NCBI RefSeq assembly: GCF_009914755.1
Contig: NC_060926.1
Length of the DNA stretch: 64,000 nt
DNA from: the human T2T-CHM13v2.0 reference genome, Homo sapiens
Direction: 5' to 3' (one strand)
The notes beneath the pieces were generated by a model that saw only the letters and a list, made by a program, of their open reading frames with translations, was not told the DNA's origin and did not search any database. The translations under genes were made by a program, and so were the position numbers. Shown in pieces: positions 13,451 to 27,525 of the stretch. Every line of letters begins with the position of its first letter. Positions within the stretch are counted from its first letter, which is position 1.

Positions 13451-14315
13451 CAATGTGTATTCTACTTGGGGTGGAGTCTCCTATAGATGTCTATTAGTTT
13501 CTAGGATTGTTCAAGCCTTCTTTTTTCTTGCTCATCTTCTATTTAGATTTGTATGTTCATTATCAAAAGTGTAGTGTTGAAGATGCCAACTGTTATTGTT
13601 GAACTGTCTATTTCTCCTGCAATTCTGTGAGTTTTTGCTTTATGTATCTTGGGGCTGTATTGTTAGGTGCACATATGTTGATAACTGTTATATCTTCTTA
13701 TTGAATTGACCCGTTTTTCATTATATGATGCACTTTTCTTTCATGACAGCTGTGTCTCAGTAGCACTGTTTTTACAAAATACTTTAGCATTTACATTTAA
13801 AGTTTTTTATTGCCTAATATTTAATACAAAATAAAATACACAACATGGTAAATTTTGAAGCTTAATAATAAAATAAATATCTATGAACCTGTAATACCAT
13901 AATAATGAGAATATAAACATTTTATTATTCTGTGTTGCTCTCTTATCCTATCTGCTTGACTCCTCCCAGAGGTAACTACTAATGTGAATTTTGGGTTTAA
14001 TCATCTCTTGCTTTTTAAAAAATAGTTATATAGTCTATTTATCTTTAACAGTATATTTAGTTTGGCCTGGTTATAAAATTTATACAAAGGAACTTACACC
14101 ATATGCATTCTCTGGCTTATTTCACCCAGTATTATATTATTTGAGATTCATACATATGTTGGTGTTGGTGTGTGTACTTATAGTTTGCTCATGTTCATTG
14201 ATTTGAAGCATTCTATTTAAATGTATTATAATTTATTTATCCATCCTACTAGTGATGGGTATTTGAGTTATTTCAAGTTTATTTATTTGCTGTTAGGAAT
14301 ACTGATCCAATGAAG

Positions 14316-14666
14316 TTTTTTTCTTTTCTCTTTTTTTCTTTGTATCATTTTATCTTTCTTTCTTTTTTTCTTTTTTTTTTTTTCTATGACAGGGTTTTGC
14401 TTTGTCATCCTGGCCAGAGTGCAGTGGCACAATCACAGCTCACTGCAACCTCGACCTCCTGGGCTCAAGTGATTCTCCCACCTCAGCCTGCTGAGTAGCT
14501 GGGACTACAGGTGGGCGCCACTACACCTGGCTTATTTTTAGTTTTTGTAGAGACAAGGCCTCCCTATGTTGCTCAGGCTGGTCTCAAACTCCTAAGCTCA
14601 AGGCGATCCTCCTGCCATGGCCTCCCAAAGTGCTGGGATTACAGACATGAGCCACTGTGCCCAGCG
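14316..14666 (-). mobile_element. AluJ
   Basis: CCTGGGCTCAAGTGAT and CTAAGCTCAAGGCGAT; TSD TGATCCAATGAA at 14303-14314 and 14667-14678. Confidence 0.93.
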
Positions 14667-14734
14667 TGATCCAATGAACTTCTTTGATTATGTATAAATT
14701 CTCTTAGTTCATATGTTCAAGAATTACTCTGAGG

Positions 14735-14932
14735 CTACACTACTACAACAGTAGCCACTAGCCATACATCACGACTTACATTTAAATTTTATTTGATTTA
14801 AATGAAATTTTAAAAGTTAGTTATTTATCTCTTTTATTTGTGCTTAACAGCCCACATATGACAGTGGACATAGAGGACAACGCAGATATAGAACATTTCT
14901 TTTATCACAGTAAGTTCTTTGGATAACACTGC
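14735..14932 (-). mobile_element. MER3-like hAT MITE
   Basis: GTAGCCACTAGCCA...GCAGATATAGAACATTTC...AAGTTCTTTGGATAACACTG. Confidence 0.75.
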
Positions 14933-14939
14933 TCTAGAA

Positions 14940-15226
14940 CAATACTTTCTAAAATGTGTCCCATGAATCACAGTGGTGATCCGTAAGCTGTCACTGGTCT
15001 GCAACAAAATAAGTACAAATATGGAGACTTTTTAGAACATTTTATGGCAACTTCACGTTGCTGCAACATCCAAGTACATGATCACTTTTACAGTCATTTT
15101 AGAAATTTAGTATTTTAGAATTTAGTAATTCATTTTCATTGTATTTTACATAAGTATTAATTAGCAAAAGATTAGAAAGAAAGAAAAACAAGAGTTTGCT
15201 CACAGTGAATACTTTGAGAAACACTA
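14940..15226. mobile_element. hAT-Charlie-like element
   Basis: Degenerate terminal inverted ends CAATACTTTCTAAAATGTG / TACTTTGAGAAACACTA. Confidence 0.4.
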
Positions 15227-15879
15227 CCCTTGGGTATGTTTAGGTGGAATTGCAAGATCACAGTGTATGCTTATGTTCAACTTTATTGGATAAATTCACT
15301 ACGTTTTCCAAAATTATTGTGTCAATATTATATTCCCACCATCAGAGTATGAGAGTTTCCATTGTTTTGCTGTTTCTCTGTCCCTGGCTTTTGTGTCCCT
15401 CATTTTAGATTTAAATTTTGCCAGGTGATGGATGTGAAATGGCATCTTATAATTTTAATTTACAGTTCCCCAATTGCTAATGAGATAAATATATTTTTAT
15501 ATGTATATAATGCATTCATGATTCTACTTTAGATTCATAGGGATTCTTTTTATGTTCTGATACTGATCTGCTTCTTAAGTGTGTTGCTAATGTCTTCTCC
15601 AAATTTGTGATTTGTGTTGTCTTTGATAAATAGAAATAGTTAATTTTAACTTAGTAGAAATTTTCTTATTTTTGTATGTGTGTGTGCGTGTATTGTGTTT
15701 AAGGTCTCCTAGAATTCTTTTTTGTCTGTTTAAGTTTTAAAGCTTTATCTTTCACATTTAGGTCTTTATACCCATCTGCACCTTGATTAAATTTCCGTTC
15801 AGGGTTTGGGATAAGGATCTAATTATTTTTGCCTTCTTTGATTAACAATCCCTTCACTGCTTATTGAATAGGTTTTTCT

Positions 15880-16191
<312 letters not shown>

Positions 16192-18659
16192 GTTTATTGA
16201 ATAGGTTTTTCTTTACCATTGATTTTCAGTGTCTCCTTGGTCTTATAATTGTATTTCCATATGTGTATGGGTCAGCTTCTGAACTCACTATTGTGTTGCA
16301 TTGGTGAAGTAGTTCTGAATCTTCCCTTAATTGCTGTAAGTTTAGATAAGTCTTGGTAGTTGATAATGTAAGACATGTCACATAGTACTCTGTTAGAAAT
16401 TTCATAATCAGTTTGGCATGTTCTATAAGAAATCTTGTGGGGATTTTGATGGAATTGATCTAATTATTATAATTTAATTTTATGTCCAAGACCATGGAAT
16501 ACCTCTCCTTATATTTTACTCTACTTTAACGTCTCTCAAAGTTTTGAAATCTTCCCTGTAACTTTCTTATGTGTAGTCTTGGTACTTTAAAATTCATTTT
16601 CTACCTCTTGCTTATATAAAGAAATGCAGTTGTCTTTTGTACATTTTTTTATATATTTGTTTAGAAAGCTTACTAAACATTCTTTTTAAATCTGATAACA
16701 TATTTGTGGATTCTTGGGTATTTTTAAAAGAGATGATCATTCTCAGCAAATAATAATGCTTTTGTTTGTTCTTTTCCAAACCTTATGCCTTTTATTTCTT
16801 CTTTTGCTTTTTGTGGGCTAGAATCTACAGTGCTGATAATGAGCATTTTCTTGTAATGTTGCCAGTCATAAAAGGAATACGTTCCAGGTGTTACCTTTAA
16901 TTATTACTCTTTTTTTCTTGTGGATGCCTTTTATTATATTTAGACAGCTCAAATTTTTGTATAAAAGTTTATATCACGCACAAATATTGAGTTATATTAA
17001 ATGTGTTTATTGAGATGATAACTGTATAGTTTTTTCTCTTTTAATCTGTTAATGCAGTGAATTATATTTATATGATTTCCTAAATTTAACCAAAACAGAC
17101 TTTGTCATGTTATCTTTTTTATACTTTCTGGATTAGTTTACAGATGTTTAGTTTTGGCATTTTGCATTTCTGTTTAGGAAGTGAGATTGGCCTGTAATTG
17201 CCCTTTTTAAAAAATGAGTCCATACGTTTTTTCTATTCTCTGGAAGTTTTGTATAAGATTAGAATTGTGTTTCTTGAATGCATAGTGAAATTCATCTATA
17301 ACCTATTAAGGTTGCTTTTTGTGTGTGTGAGAGCATTTTTAACTTTTGATGTAATTTTTTTTTTAGTTGTCAAAGGATTATTTAGAGTCTCAGTTTATTC
17401 TTTAGATAATACATTGTATTTTTCTACGAATTCATCTAAGTCATCTGTGTTTTCACATTCATTGGCATAAAGTTCTTAATATTCTCTTATTTGTTTAATG
17501 TATGCATTATTTGTTGTTTCATTTTAAATATTTAATATTTTTATTTATGCTTCTCTTGTTCTCGAATAACCCTGTAATAAGATTAGCAATTTTATTAATC
17601 TTTTTGAAAAGGAACCAGTTTTTTGTATTACTGTTATTTTCTATTGTGTGCTATTTACTATTCCATTTATTTTTGTAACTGTCTTTTCTGCCTTCTACAT
17701 TTTAATTTTGCTTTATTCATTATGTATTCTGCTGACTTTTAACTTTTAAATTTATATACTTTCTCATTAATTTTCAGCCTTTTATCTTTTTAAACTTTAA
17801 GTACTTACGGCCATTAATTATCCTTTAAGTACTGCTTTAGCTATATTTCACAGGCTTTGTTATATAAGGTTTTTGTTTTTTTTAGTAAGTGTCTTCTAAT
17901 TTCTATTGTGATTTTTTTTTCAGTGACTCCTGAGTTTTTTAGAAGTGTTTTTGCCCCAAGCCTGTGAGGATATCTTTTTTTATTATTGATTTCTATGTAC
18001 ATTTAATGGCATTGTGGTCATGGAATGTGGACTGTATGAAGACCTTGTTACTTAATTAGTAGAAAGATTATAATTCTTAGAAACCCATACTGCAATACTA
18101 GAATAAATTTTTTCCAATTTTAAATTCAATGTGCTAGAAAATCCCACAACAATATGCTTTAGGGTTTGTAATTTAACCAAATGAATTTGCAGTACTCTCA
18201 TTACTTAGGTTTCTTCCTTTGAATCTGAGATCTTAAAGTTTAGCAGCTGCATGAAGAGCATGTCCACAAAATTCTTTTCTTAGTTAAAAAAAATAAAGTT
18301 AGATTCTAAAAACTTACTGAGTTGTTGTTTTATTGCTGCTTTGTAATTTGTTTGCTTTTGTTTTCTGGGTCATGCAATAAGCACTAGTGTAAATCTGGTT
18401 CAAGTTTATTGATTTTAAAGAACAGATATTAAAATCTTCAATGTGATTCATAGTTTATTCCAGAATACATTACATCAAGAATGATGTTTTTTACCCTGTA
18501 CATTTCAATACTTTAAACATCGCAATGAATACTGTTTTTATAGTGCTGTTTTTCAAAATTTCTCACCTCCCTACCCTTTACTTCATTTGGGGTCTGCATT
18601 TTCTTTGTATTTCCCCTTGCCCTTACTTTCTTCTTATAATACGTATTACATTTCTGTAG

Positions 18660-18850
18660 CATTTAAACTTTTGATGAATACTTTCCCCTGGTACTATTTC
18701 TTGGATACTCACAGAAACCCTACAAATTAAGTAATGTCCATCTTTTCCAGATAGTGAATCCAGTACTGAAATGTTAAATTAATTGTTCAATATTCCTTAG
18801 CTAGTAAGTGGGAAGAGCCAGAATTCAAACCTATCTCATCGCTTTATACT
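18660..18850 (-). mobile_element. MIR
   Basis: GCTAGTAAGTGGGAAGAGCCAGAATTCAAACC. Confidence 0.6.
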
Positions 18851-20022
18851 TAAATTTTTTTTCTATCGGTCTTTTTTCAGTATTTGCGATTTTATTAAGA
18901 AGGAAGTTTAGACCATGGGTGGCTTAACATGCCCTAATAGGTGAATTTTTTTTTGGCTTTCCAGATGGCTTTTATTTATTTGCATTGCAAATGCTTTTTT
19001 TTTAAAAAGAGATTTTCTGAGGCTCTTAGTTGTTTACTACTTAATATTCTCCACTGTCATTTCTCTTTAATGACTTCATTAAAAATAATTGAGCAAAGTG
19101 TTATAAAGTTTGATTCTATCTCCTAACATATTTTTCCATTATTGCTAACTACTATGTAGGACAGAAAAAATGCTTGAAGTTTCCTCAAATAGATTTTATT
19201 ATTTAATTCTGTCTGACTTTAAAAGATTTGCTTCAAAAATGTCTGTTAAGCAAAAAGTATGCTTTAATTACTAATTTAAACACTTCCTGCCAGAATGCAT
19301 TTTTTTGCGTATTAAACATGGCATTCCAGAAGAACATAGTGGCCTTATATGAGCTTGGTCAGAACTTCTTTTGGCTATCTGAATTTGTAAATTGTCATTG
19401 GAACACAATGAAAGTGTTTTATGAAGTGTATTTGATGGATAAGTGAGTAAATCAATGAAAAGCTTGCACATAGTTTTTTTTACAATAACTACTTACTTGA
19501 ATGTGTACCTTTGTGATGTTGCTGATATTTTAGAGGTAACAACAGAACAAAGACTTCTAGATGAAGAACACTGACAAGAACTTTGTATAAATTGTTTATT
19601 GTGATATTTGCTTATATTAAAAGTCATGTATCTATTTCTGTAATTTGCAGATAGTCTAACATCATTTATAAATATTTAACTGAAGAGTTGGCAATGGCTT
19701 TTTTAATATGAAAATATTTTCAAATGTGTGAAAGCCGGTTCTGACAATTAAAAAAAAAAGTTTTCTATTTAGTTTCTACACATACAATAAATATACACAC
19801 TTGGTAATTTTGTACTGGTAACCCGTAAAGAATTTTCCTGTCCTATTGCGGTTACCGTTACTGTTAAGTTTGCATACAGTAAAACAATTTTACCTTAATG
19901 CATTAGTTTATTGGAAATTTACTGTTAGCTATGTAAATATACTAGCATAATTAAAATGTTATTTGATAATCTGAATGTAAATACACTTAAAAATTACTTT
20001 TCAATTAAGAAATGTCGAAGGA

Positions 20023-20454
<432 letters not shown>

Positions 20455-20462
20455 TCACTGGA

Positions 20463-20588
20463 GGCAGGCACGGTGGCTTATGCCTGTAATCCCAGCATTT
20501 TAGGAGGCCGAAGCAGGTGGATGGCTTGAGTATATATACTTCGCGAGCACCGTGGGCAACATAGTGAAACCCTGTCTCTACAAAAAGT

Positions 20589-20625
<37 letters not shown>

Positions 20626-20791
20626 CCAGGCATGGTGGTGCAGGCCTATAGTCCCAGATATTTGGGAGGCCATGGTGGGAGGATTGCTTGAGCCTGTGAG
20701 GTCAAGGCTGCGATGAGCTTTGAACACACCCATTGCACTCCAGCCTGGATGACAGAGTGAGACCCTGTCTCAAAGAAAAAAGAAAAGAAAA
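20463..20791 (+). mobile_element. AluJ with A34 internal linker
   Basis: GGATTGCTTGAGCC; TSD GTCTCACTGGA at 20452-20462 and 20792-20802. Confidence 0.93.
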
Positions 20792-21949
20792 GTCTCACTG
20801 GAGAGGCATACTTTATATATCTTTTAATTGTATGTTTTGTAAAAAAAAAAAGAACAAATTTTATCATACATTCTTGTGACACTTGATAAATTTTCACCAT
20901 GTTTCCTTACCACAATAGTGAAGGTTAATTGTATTTGTCTGCTTGCACGTTGCATACACTGTAAACTGATTATTTCGGGACTTAACTGAGGCATGGACTG
21001 TTCTCACATATTCCAAAATATAGTGACATTTTTAAACTTGAAAGATATTTACTTGTTTTTAGTATTCTTAAGAATGCCCAGAATTTTGTTACAGAATTAA
21101 ACAGAAGACTTCACAGGAGAATTGGAAAAAGCAATTACTTTCAAGTTTCCTTTTTTTATAGTGATTGATAGGGTATGATTATTTTGTTCTATAAATATAT
21201 TTTTGCCATTTCTCCCTAAATGCCTTACTTTAGTCAAATCATATCTATGATTTTTACCATTCTTCACAGAGATATTTCAGAATTAGAGATAATTCTGCTG
21301 TTTATCTCATTGCCTGACCATTTCACTATCTGTTCATTGGCTAACCAAAGAGGCTCTATATGTTTCCAGTAAGATTGTTAAAAAGTTAGATAGGACTAAT
21401 TCTGGTGCTGATGCTATTTATCTCTTGTTTTATTCTTCATATTCTTTCTCATACATTTTCTTCTCCATTGTAAAAAGTTTTCCCAATCCCAGAATGACTC
21501 ATTTTTTGAAATAGTTTTTGCGGTTTAATTTTGCCAAGGTATTTAAAAATCAAATACTAATAATTATTACTGATTTTTTATTTTTTTGAGTTTATAATCA
21601 AAGAGGATTTTATTTTGATCGTTATTCCTTTACAAAGTGTTCTTCCCCTGTATCATAACCCTGCTTTGCTGTTCGTGATGTTAAGTCTCACTGATAGGTA
21701 AGATTATTGTAATTATCAGTAATTGGTAATAGCATTCAAATGATCAGTCGCTCAGTGGCCATTTCTTTTTTTCTTTTAGTGTTTCTCTTTTTAAGTCCAC
21801 TTTATGCTTACTTTAGCAAATCTAGGAAATATTTAAAATTAGAAGAGTTTGGCACATTTGTCTTTCCTCTACCCTTCCCCCAACTCTTTCCCCCTACATA
21901 ATTGACATCATATTGTGCATCTAGTTTTTCTTACTCATTGAAAAAGGGA

Positions 21950-22620
21950 AATCTACCATATCATAAATATGTTTTCATATTATTAAAAATTGTCAAATGT
22001 AATATTCCTTTATATGTGTACATCATAATTAGCCATTCCCTTAATGTTGGGCCTTAGGTTGTTTACAGTATTTCATTATTATATTACAGCAGTGAGTGTG
22101 TGTGTGTGTGTCATCTGTGTGTGTAATACTTTGTCAACATCTCTATTTCCAAAGACTAGAATTCTTGAAAATGAAATTCTTGAATCAGTCTATGAAAACT
22201 TTTAAAGCTATTGATTCATATCATAAACATAATTTTTAAGAAAAGTGAAGTTGATTTATATATCCTAGCTGGCAGTATATCACAATATCTAGACTGTATC
22301 TTTAGAAAGCTTTAGATTTTCTCCTCTTTAAAATCTTTAATTTTTTCAGGTCCTCAGGATTTTAAATATTTCCCATGGGTTTTTTTTTTCCGTTTTTATT
22401 TCCTTTTGTTTGAGTAAAATATATATTCATGTACCTTTTCTTTACATCTATAGAGGGCTTACTTTTTTATTCATAAATATGTAAGGATGTATTTTATAGT
22501 ATGCATAGTAACATTGCATTGTCATGATGTCTGAAAATATTTTCCCATTTTGTTTACATATTAGATTGAAAGCAGAATTATTATAGAATTGCTCAACTAA
22601 TTCTCTTTTTGTTGCCATCT
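21950..22620 (-). mobile_element. ancient L1ME-like fragment
   Basis: TTAGGTTGTTTACAGTATTT, GAATTCTTGAAAATGAAATT, AAATATTTTCCCATTTTGT. Confidence 0.5.
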
Positions 22621-23873
22621 TAACCTTAAGATGAATAGATGTAACCATATGGATATACATACATGTATGTATATACATGTATCATTTTAGCTTTTTTTTT
22701 CTGTCAGAGGAAAGCTGCAACATACTAAAGTTTGACAGTAATCCCTAGAATCTTAATTTGTAAAAAGTAAAAAACTACAAGGTTTCTACTTTCAAAACAG
22801 TTATAGTCTTTACTCAAAATGTAAATTAATAAATGTATAAAGTTTGTAATAGTATAATAATGTATAATAATAGTATAAATGAAGTTGCATAACCTGCTTT
22901 TAAAATGTGTGTAATTTTATGTATTTGACAACTTAAGCATGATAAACACTTAACTGTTTATATTCTACAAGCTCAGTGTAATGTAAAAAATTTGCTAAAG
23001 TCATTTTGTTTTAACTTCAAGTAAACAATGTTTTCTGAATTTTTTTTGGCATATGTGTGATTACTGTTACAGGTGATTAAATATCTTGTTTGAACTTTGG
23101 TTTAGGAAGTTTTAATAATTAATAGTATTTGAATCATAAAATCACTCCTGAGTTTCATTAACCATGGTGGTATGATTCTTTGGATGTTATTTCTCTTTTC
23201 TTTGCCAACATACTGTTTTATGGATTTCTCAGGTTTTACTGTTGTATTTACAACTCTAAAAGTAAGAAAAAAATCACACTCTTTTTCTAGAAAGTTTCTT
23301 AAATGCATATAGTGGTATTAACCAAATATAAATGCAGTCACTTATATTTCTTACATAGCTATAACCACCATCCTCATTAACACAATAAAGTACAACCAAG
23401 ACGAAAAATAATTACAAATTATCTTGGAGAATGTCAAAATTTCTCAGCACATATTTGCGGATTCCTTGAGATCTATGACCCAGTTTGTTAAACAGTTCAC
23501 TTAACCACTTTATGTTTTAGTATTCAAATAAAAACATTGCTAATAATGATATCTCCTCTTGCGTACTAATTAATAAAGAAAAACTACAAATGTTTTTCAA
23601 TAAAGTTGAGGTACATGTTACTTTTATAATTTCCTTTAGGAGTTGTGGGTGGGTTGAGTACCAATGCAGCTTCATCACAATTTAAGTCATTAGTTTTGAA
23701 TTTGTCTTTCCTGTGATTTCAGGATCTTTACTCATTTATTGTCTTCATTTTAGTATAATTTGCTTTTGAAAAACATCCAAATTTTAATTGATGCAAGAAA
23801 TTGAAATAAAATAAATGGCAGGGATAGAAGTTGGGGATCGTTAGGGTTCTTTCCAGATTGTGTTACTCTAATG

Positions 23874-24067
23874 CAAGTGTCAGCACACTTTTTCTGTAAA
23901 AGGCCAGATAGTAAATATTTAGGCCTTAGGAACCTGGCTCAACTCTGCTTTTTTAGTGCAAAAGCAGCCATTGACAATACATAAATGAATGAGCATTGCT
24001 ATTTTCCAAGAAAACTTTTTTTTTTTAATACAAAAACAGGCAGCAGGTCTTAGTTTGCTGACTCCTG
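23874..24067 (+). mobile_element. MER58A
   Basis: TTTTCTGTAAAAGGCCAGATAGTAAATATTTAGGC...AAAAGCAGCCATTGACAATACATAAATGAATG...TAGTTTGCTGACTCCTG. Confidence 0.85.
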
Positions 24068-24554
24068 TGCTACACATATTTTGGATGACACTGCCTATGT
24101 GAACAAGGGCTCACTTATTTATTTTTTTAAGTGGAGATCTTAATGGCCTCTCTATTGGTGGCCTTTCCCACCACTGTACAATTTACACGTCCTGAAAAGC
24201 CTGTTAATATACCAGTTATAATATTGCTGTTTTCTTATTTTCCAATATCTAAGCCCTTTGACCTGTGGACTCTGCCCAACCTGTTCCTGAGCCAAGGTAT
24301 TTAATAATCCTATTCTTGGATGGGGATTAATCTGTCTTTTTAGTCCAGTAATCACGTGCCTATATTGAGTCCATAAGTGCCAACAAGCTCTAGTTTTCTC
24401 CTACCATTGCCACCCTGTTTGCTCAGATTGAAGATTGATAATATGTCTAATACTAGCAAACTTGTTTCTCCTGGGTTCTGGTGGGACTATAGCTTCTTAC
24501 ACCCAAGCAGGGAGTCTTTATGCTCTTGCTCTTTCATATATAGGGTGAATCTAA

Positions 24555-24878
<324 letters not shown>

Positions 24879-26496
24879 CCCACCAGCTGTCTTTAAGTAC
24901 CGCCACTACACAAAGATTCTTTCCATAGTGTGCCTTCTACCAGATGAGATTATCTAGAAACTGGTAGTAGCCTGGATCAAAGCTATATTCTTCTTCATAA
25001 CCCCTTGAATACTCTAATTTGGCTGCTAGATACCTTTCTTTGAGGCAAACCGATTCTCCCAGCCCCAACCCTGCCTATTCCCAGCTATTAATTATTTTGC
25101 CTAGGGCCCATCAGTCCTTACACCTGAAATCAATCTTCTCTTACTCAAGACACAAACAAATTAAAGGAGCAATAACTTTAAGATAACTTCCTGAAAAATA
25201 ATTGGAGGCTTTATATTGGCTCATTTTCTTCCCCTTCATTGTTTCTTACTTTCTTCCTTACCTTTCTTCTTTCCTTCTTTTATTTCTTTAGTAATTGATG
25301 TATGAAAAACAGAATAATTACAATCTTGACCGTTCTTTCTTATATATAGCCCACTACTTTTATATTAATGTATTTCTGATAACATACCTGAGAGCTGAAA
25401 TTATGTATTACAGTCACTTCCTAAAATTATGGTTCCTGCTTGTGTCCTACTTCTTTCAGGCCCCATACACCAGTAGTCAGGGGAGATTCTTCCCTGCTTT
25501 GGAGTCTGATAGAGATGGAGTTGCACAGCCAGCATCCGGAGATAATAAATTTAGAATTACCACTTTCTAAAAGGAAGATTAGGGGTTTGATAGCTGCCGA
25601 CTTTATCCACAGTCTTAAATATGTAAGCCCAACCTGCTTGGGTAGTACTCAGGGAAAGGCAGACCATTTCTGCTTTCCTCTGGACCATGTATCAAGAGGG
25701 ACCTAGCAGATCTTTTTTCAGTCTTTGTGATGAGCCTCTCCTGTCTTCAAATAGCCTGGTATTTTCCAGCGTTGTTAAGGTAGGAGGGGGAGGAACGTTT
25801 TGTGAGAACAGCTTTAAGATTGGAGGAGGCTGGACCAGTAGACCTGTGTGAACCATAGGTTCAGTTAAGAGAGCAAACCCATGAGTTTGTGAGATGCTTC
25901 TGTGTTCTCCTAGCTTGTGAGCATGCTCTGTTGTGTGGCGGAAACCAGACTATTTCCTTTAACAGTAACAGCTCAGAGGCAGTATTATGAGCATTTGAAA
26001 TCATCATTCAACAAAATATGTCAAAAAAATCAAACTCAGAAAAGGAAATTAATATAGGATATCATAGTTTAATGAAAGATCATATGAGTTGCTTCAAAGT
26101 TGAATGTGTTGAAGTTAATGACTGCCTATCAGGTAAACCATAGATGACATGGAAAGTAGGGAATAGGAACATCACAAAATAAAATGCTGAAGTTTGATAT
26201 TCTGTGAATTATAGACTTTTCAGTAGGAAACACTTAAACTCTGAGCCTTATGTGAACTTTCTTAAAGATAGGAAGATTATTTATGTTCATTGCCTGGAAT
26301 ATATACAAAACAAAGCTAAAAAGATGAACTCAGCATTTAGTTGATGTGTAGTTAATAAGACATATCTGTAATTTGTATGTTCCAAAATTAAGCTTATGCT
26401 ATTTTAAGGTTTCGGGTTGAGGAGGAGACAAGGGACATTTCTAGCTTTATTTTCACTGGGTAGATTTATAAGCATTAATTTTAAATGCCATTGTTG

Positions 26497-26803
<307 letters not shown>

Positions 26804-26854
26804 ATGTATACCATTGTTTTACTAGGTAAATATTTTATATTTATCTCCTGATGA

Positions 26855-27241
<387 letters not shown>

Positions 27242-27254
27242 ACCATGTTTTTTT

Positions 27255-27525
27255 CACCTCAGCACCTTTGCTCAAGCTCTTTCTTCAATGCAGAATGTAC
27301 TTCATTTACCTGCGTTTGTCTCATTCTAACTTAAGACTTGGCCTAGACATCCTGTCAGAAAGACTTCTTTTCTCATTCTTTAGTGCACCCACCCAATTTT
27401 GTACTCTCTGTCATTGTATTAGAATTTTGAGAGAACACCTGGAAAGCAAAAGTGATGTTCCCAGTACCTACCACAGAGCATGGCACATAGAGATATTCAG
27501 TAAGTATTTGTTGAACTGAGTGTAG
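27255..27525 (+). mobile_element. L2 3' terminus
   Basis: CCCAGTACCTACCACAGAGCATGGCACATAG...TAAGTATTTGTTGAACTGA. Confidence 0.7.

Larger units (their letters stand above)
9996..13760 (-). mobile_element. old L1 (L1MB-like) 3'UTR plus ORF2 remnants with internal deletions
   Basis: 3' end TTTTATTGAGGTAAAAT...ATCTAATTCCAGAATATTT; minus-strand ORF fragments resemble ORF2p (YKINMQKAVVFL, DKGLVSKMYKELLQ). Confidence 0.9.

Noticed and set aside
19820-19827. AACCCGTA matches the 5' end of miR-99/100
   Set aside because: The following bases do not match the mature miRNA and the stem is too short; an 8-mer match is expected by chance
22653-22674. 22-bp perfect palindrome ATATACATACATGTATGTATAT, and a similar one at 62344-62381
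   Set aside because: Low-complexity alternating purine-pyrimidine sequence, where such palindromes are common
25459-25570. Acceptor followed by a protein-like reading (APYTSSQGRFFPALESDRDG...)
   Set aside because: No good donor before the stop and no recognisable homology
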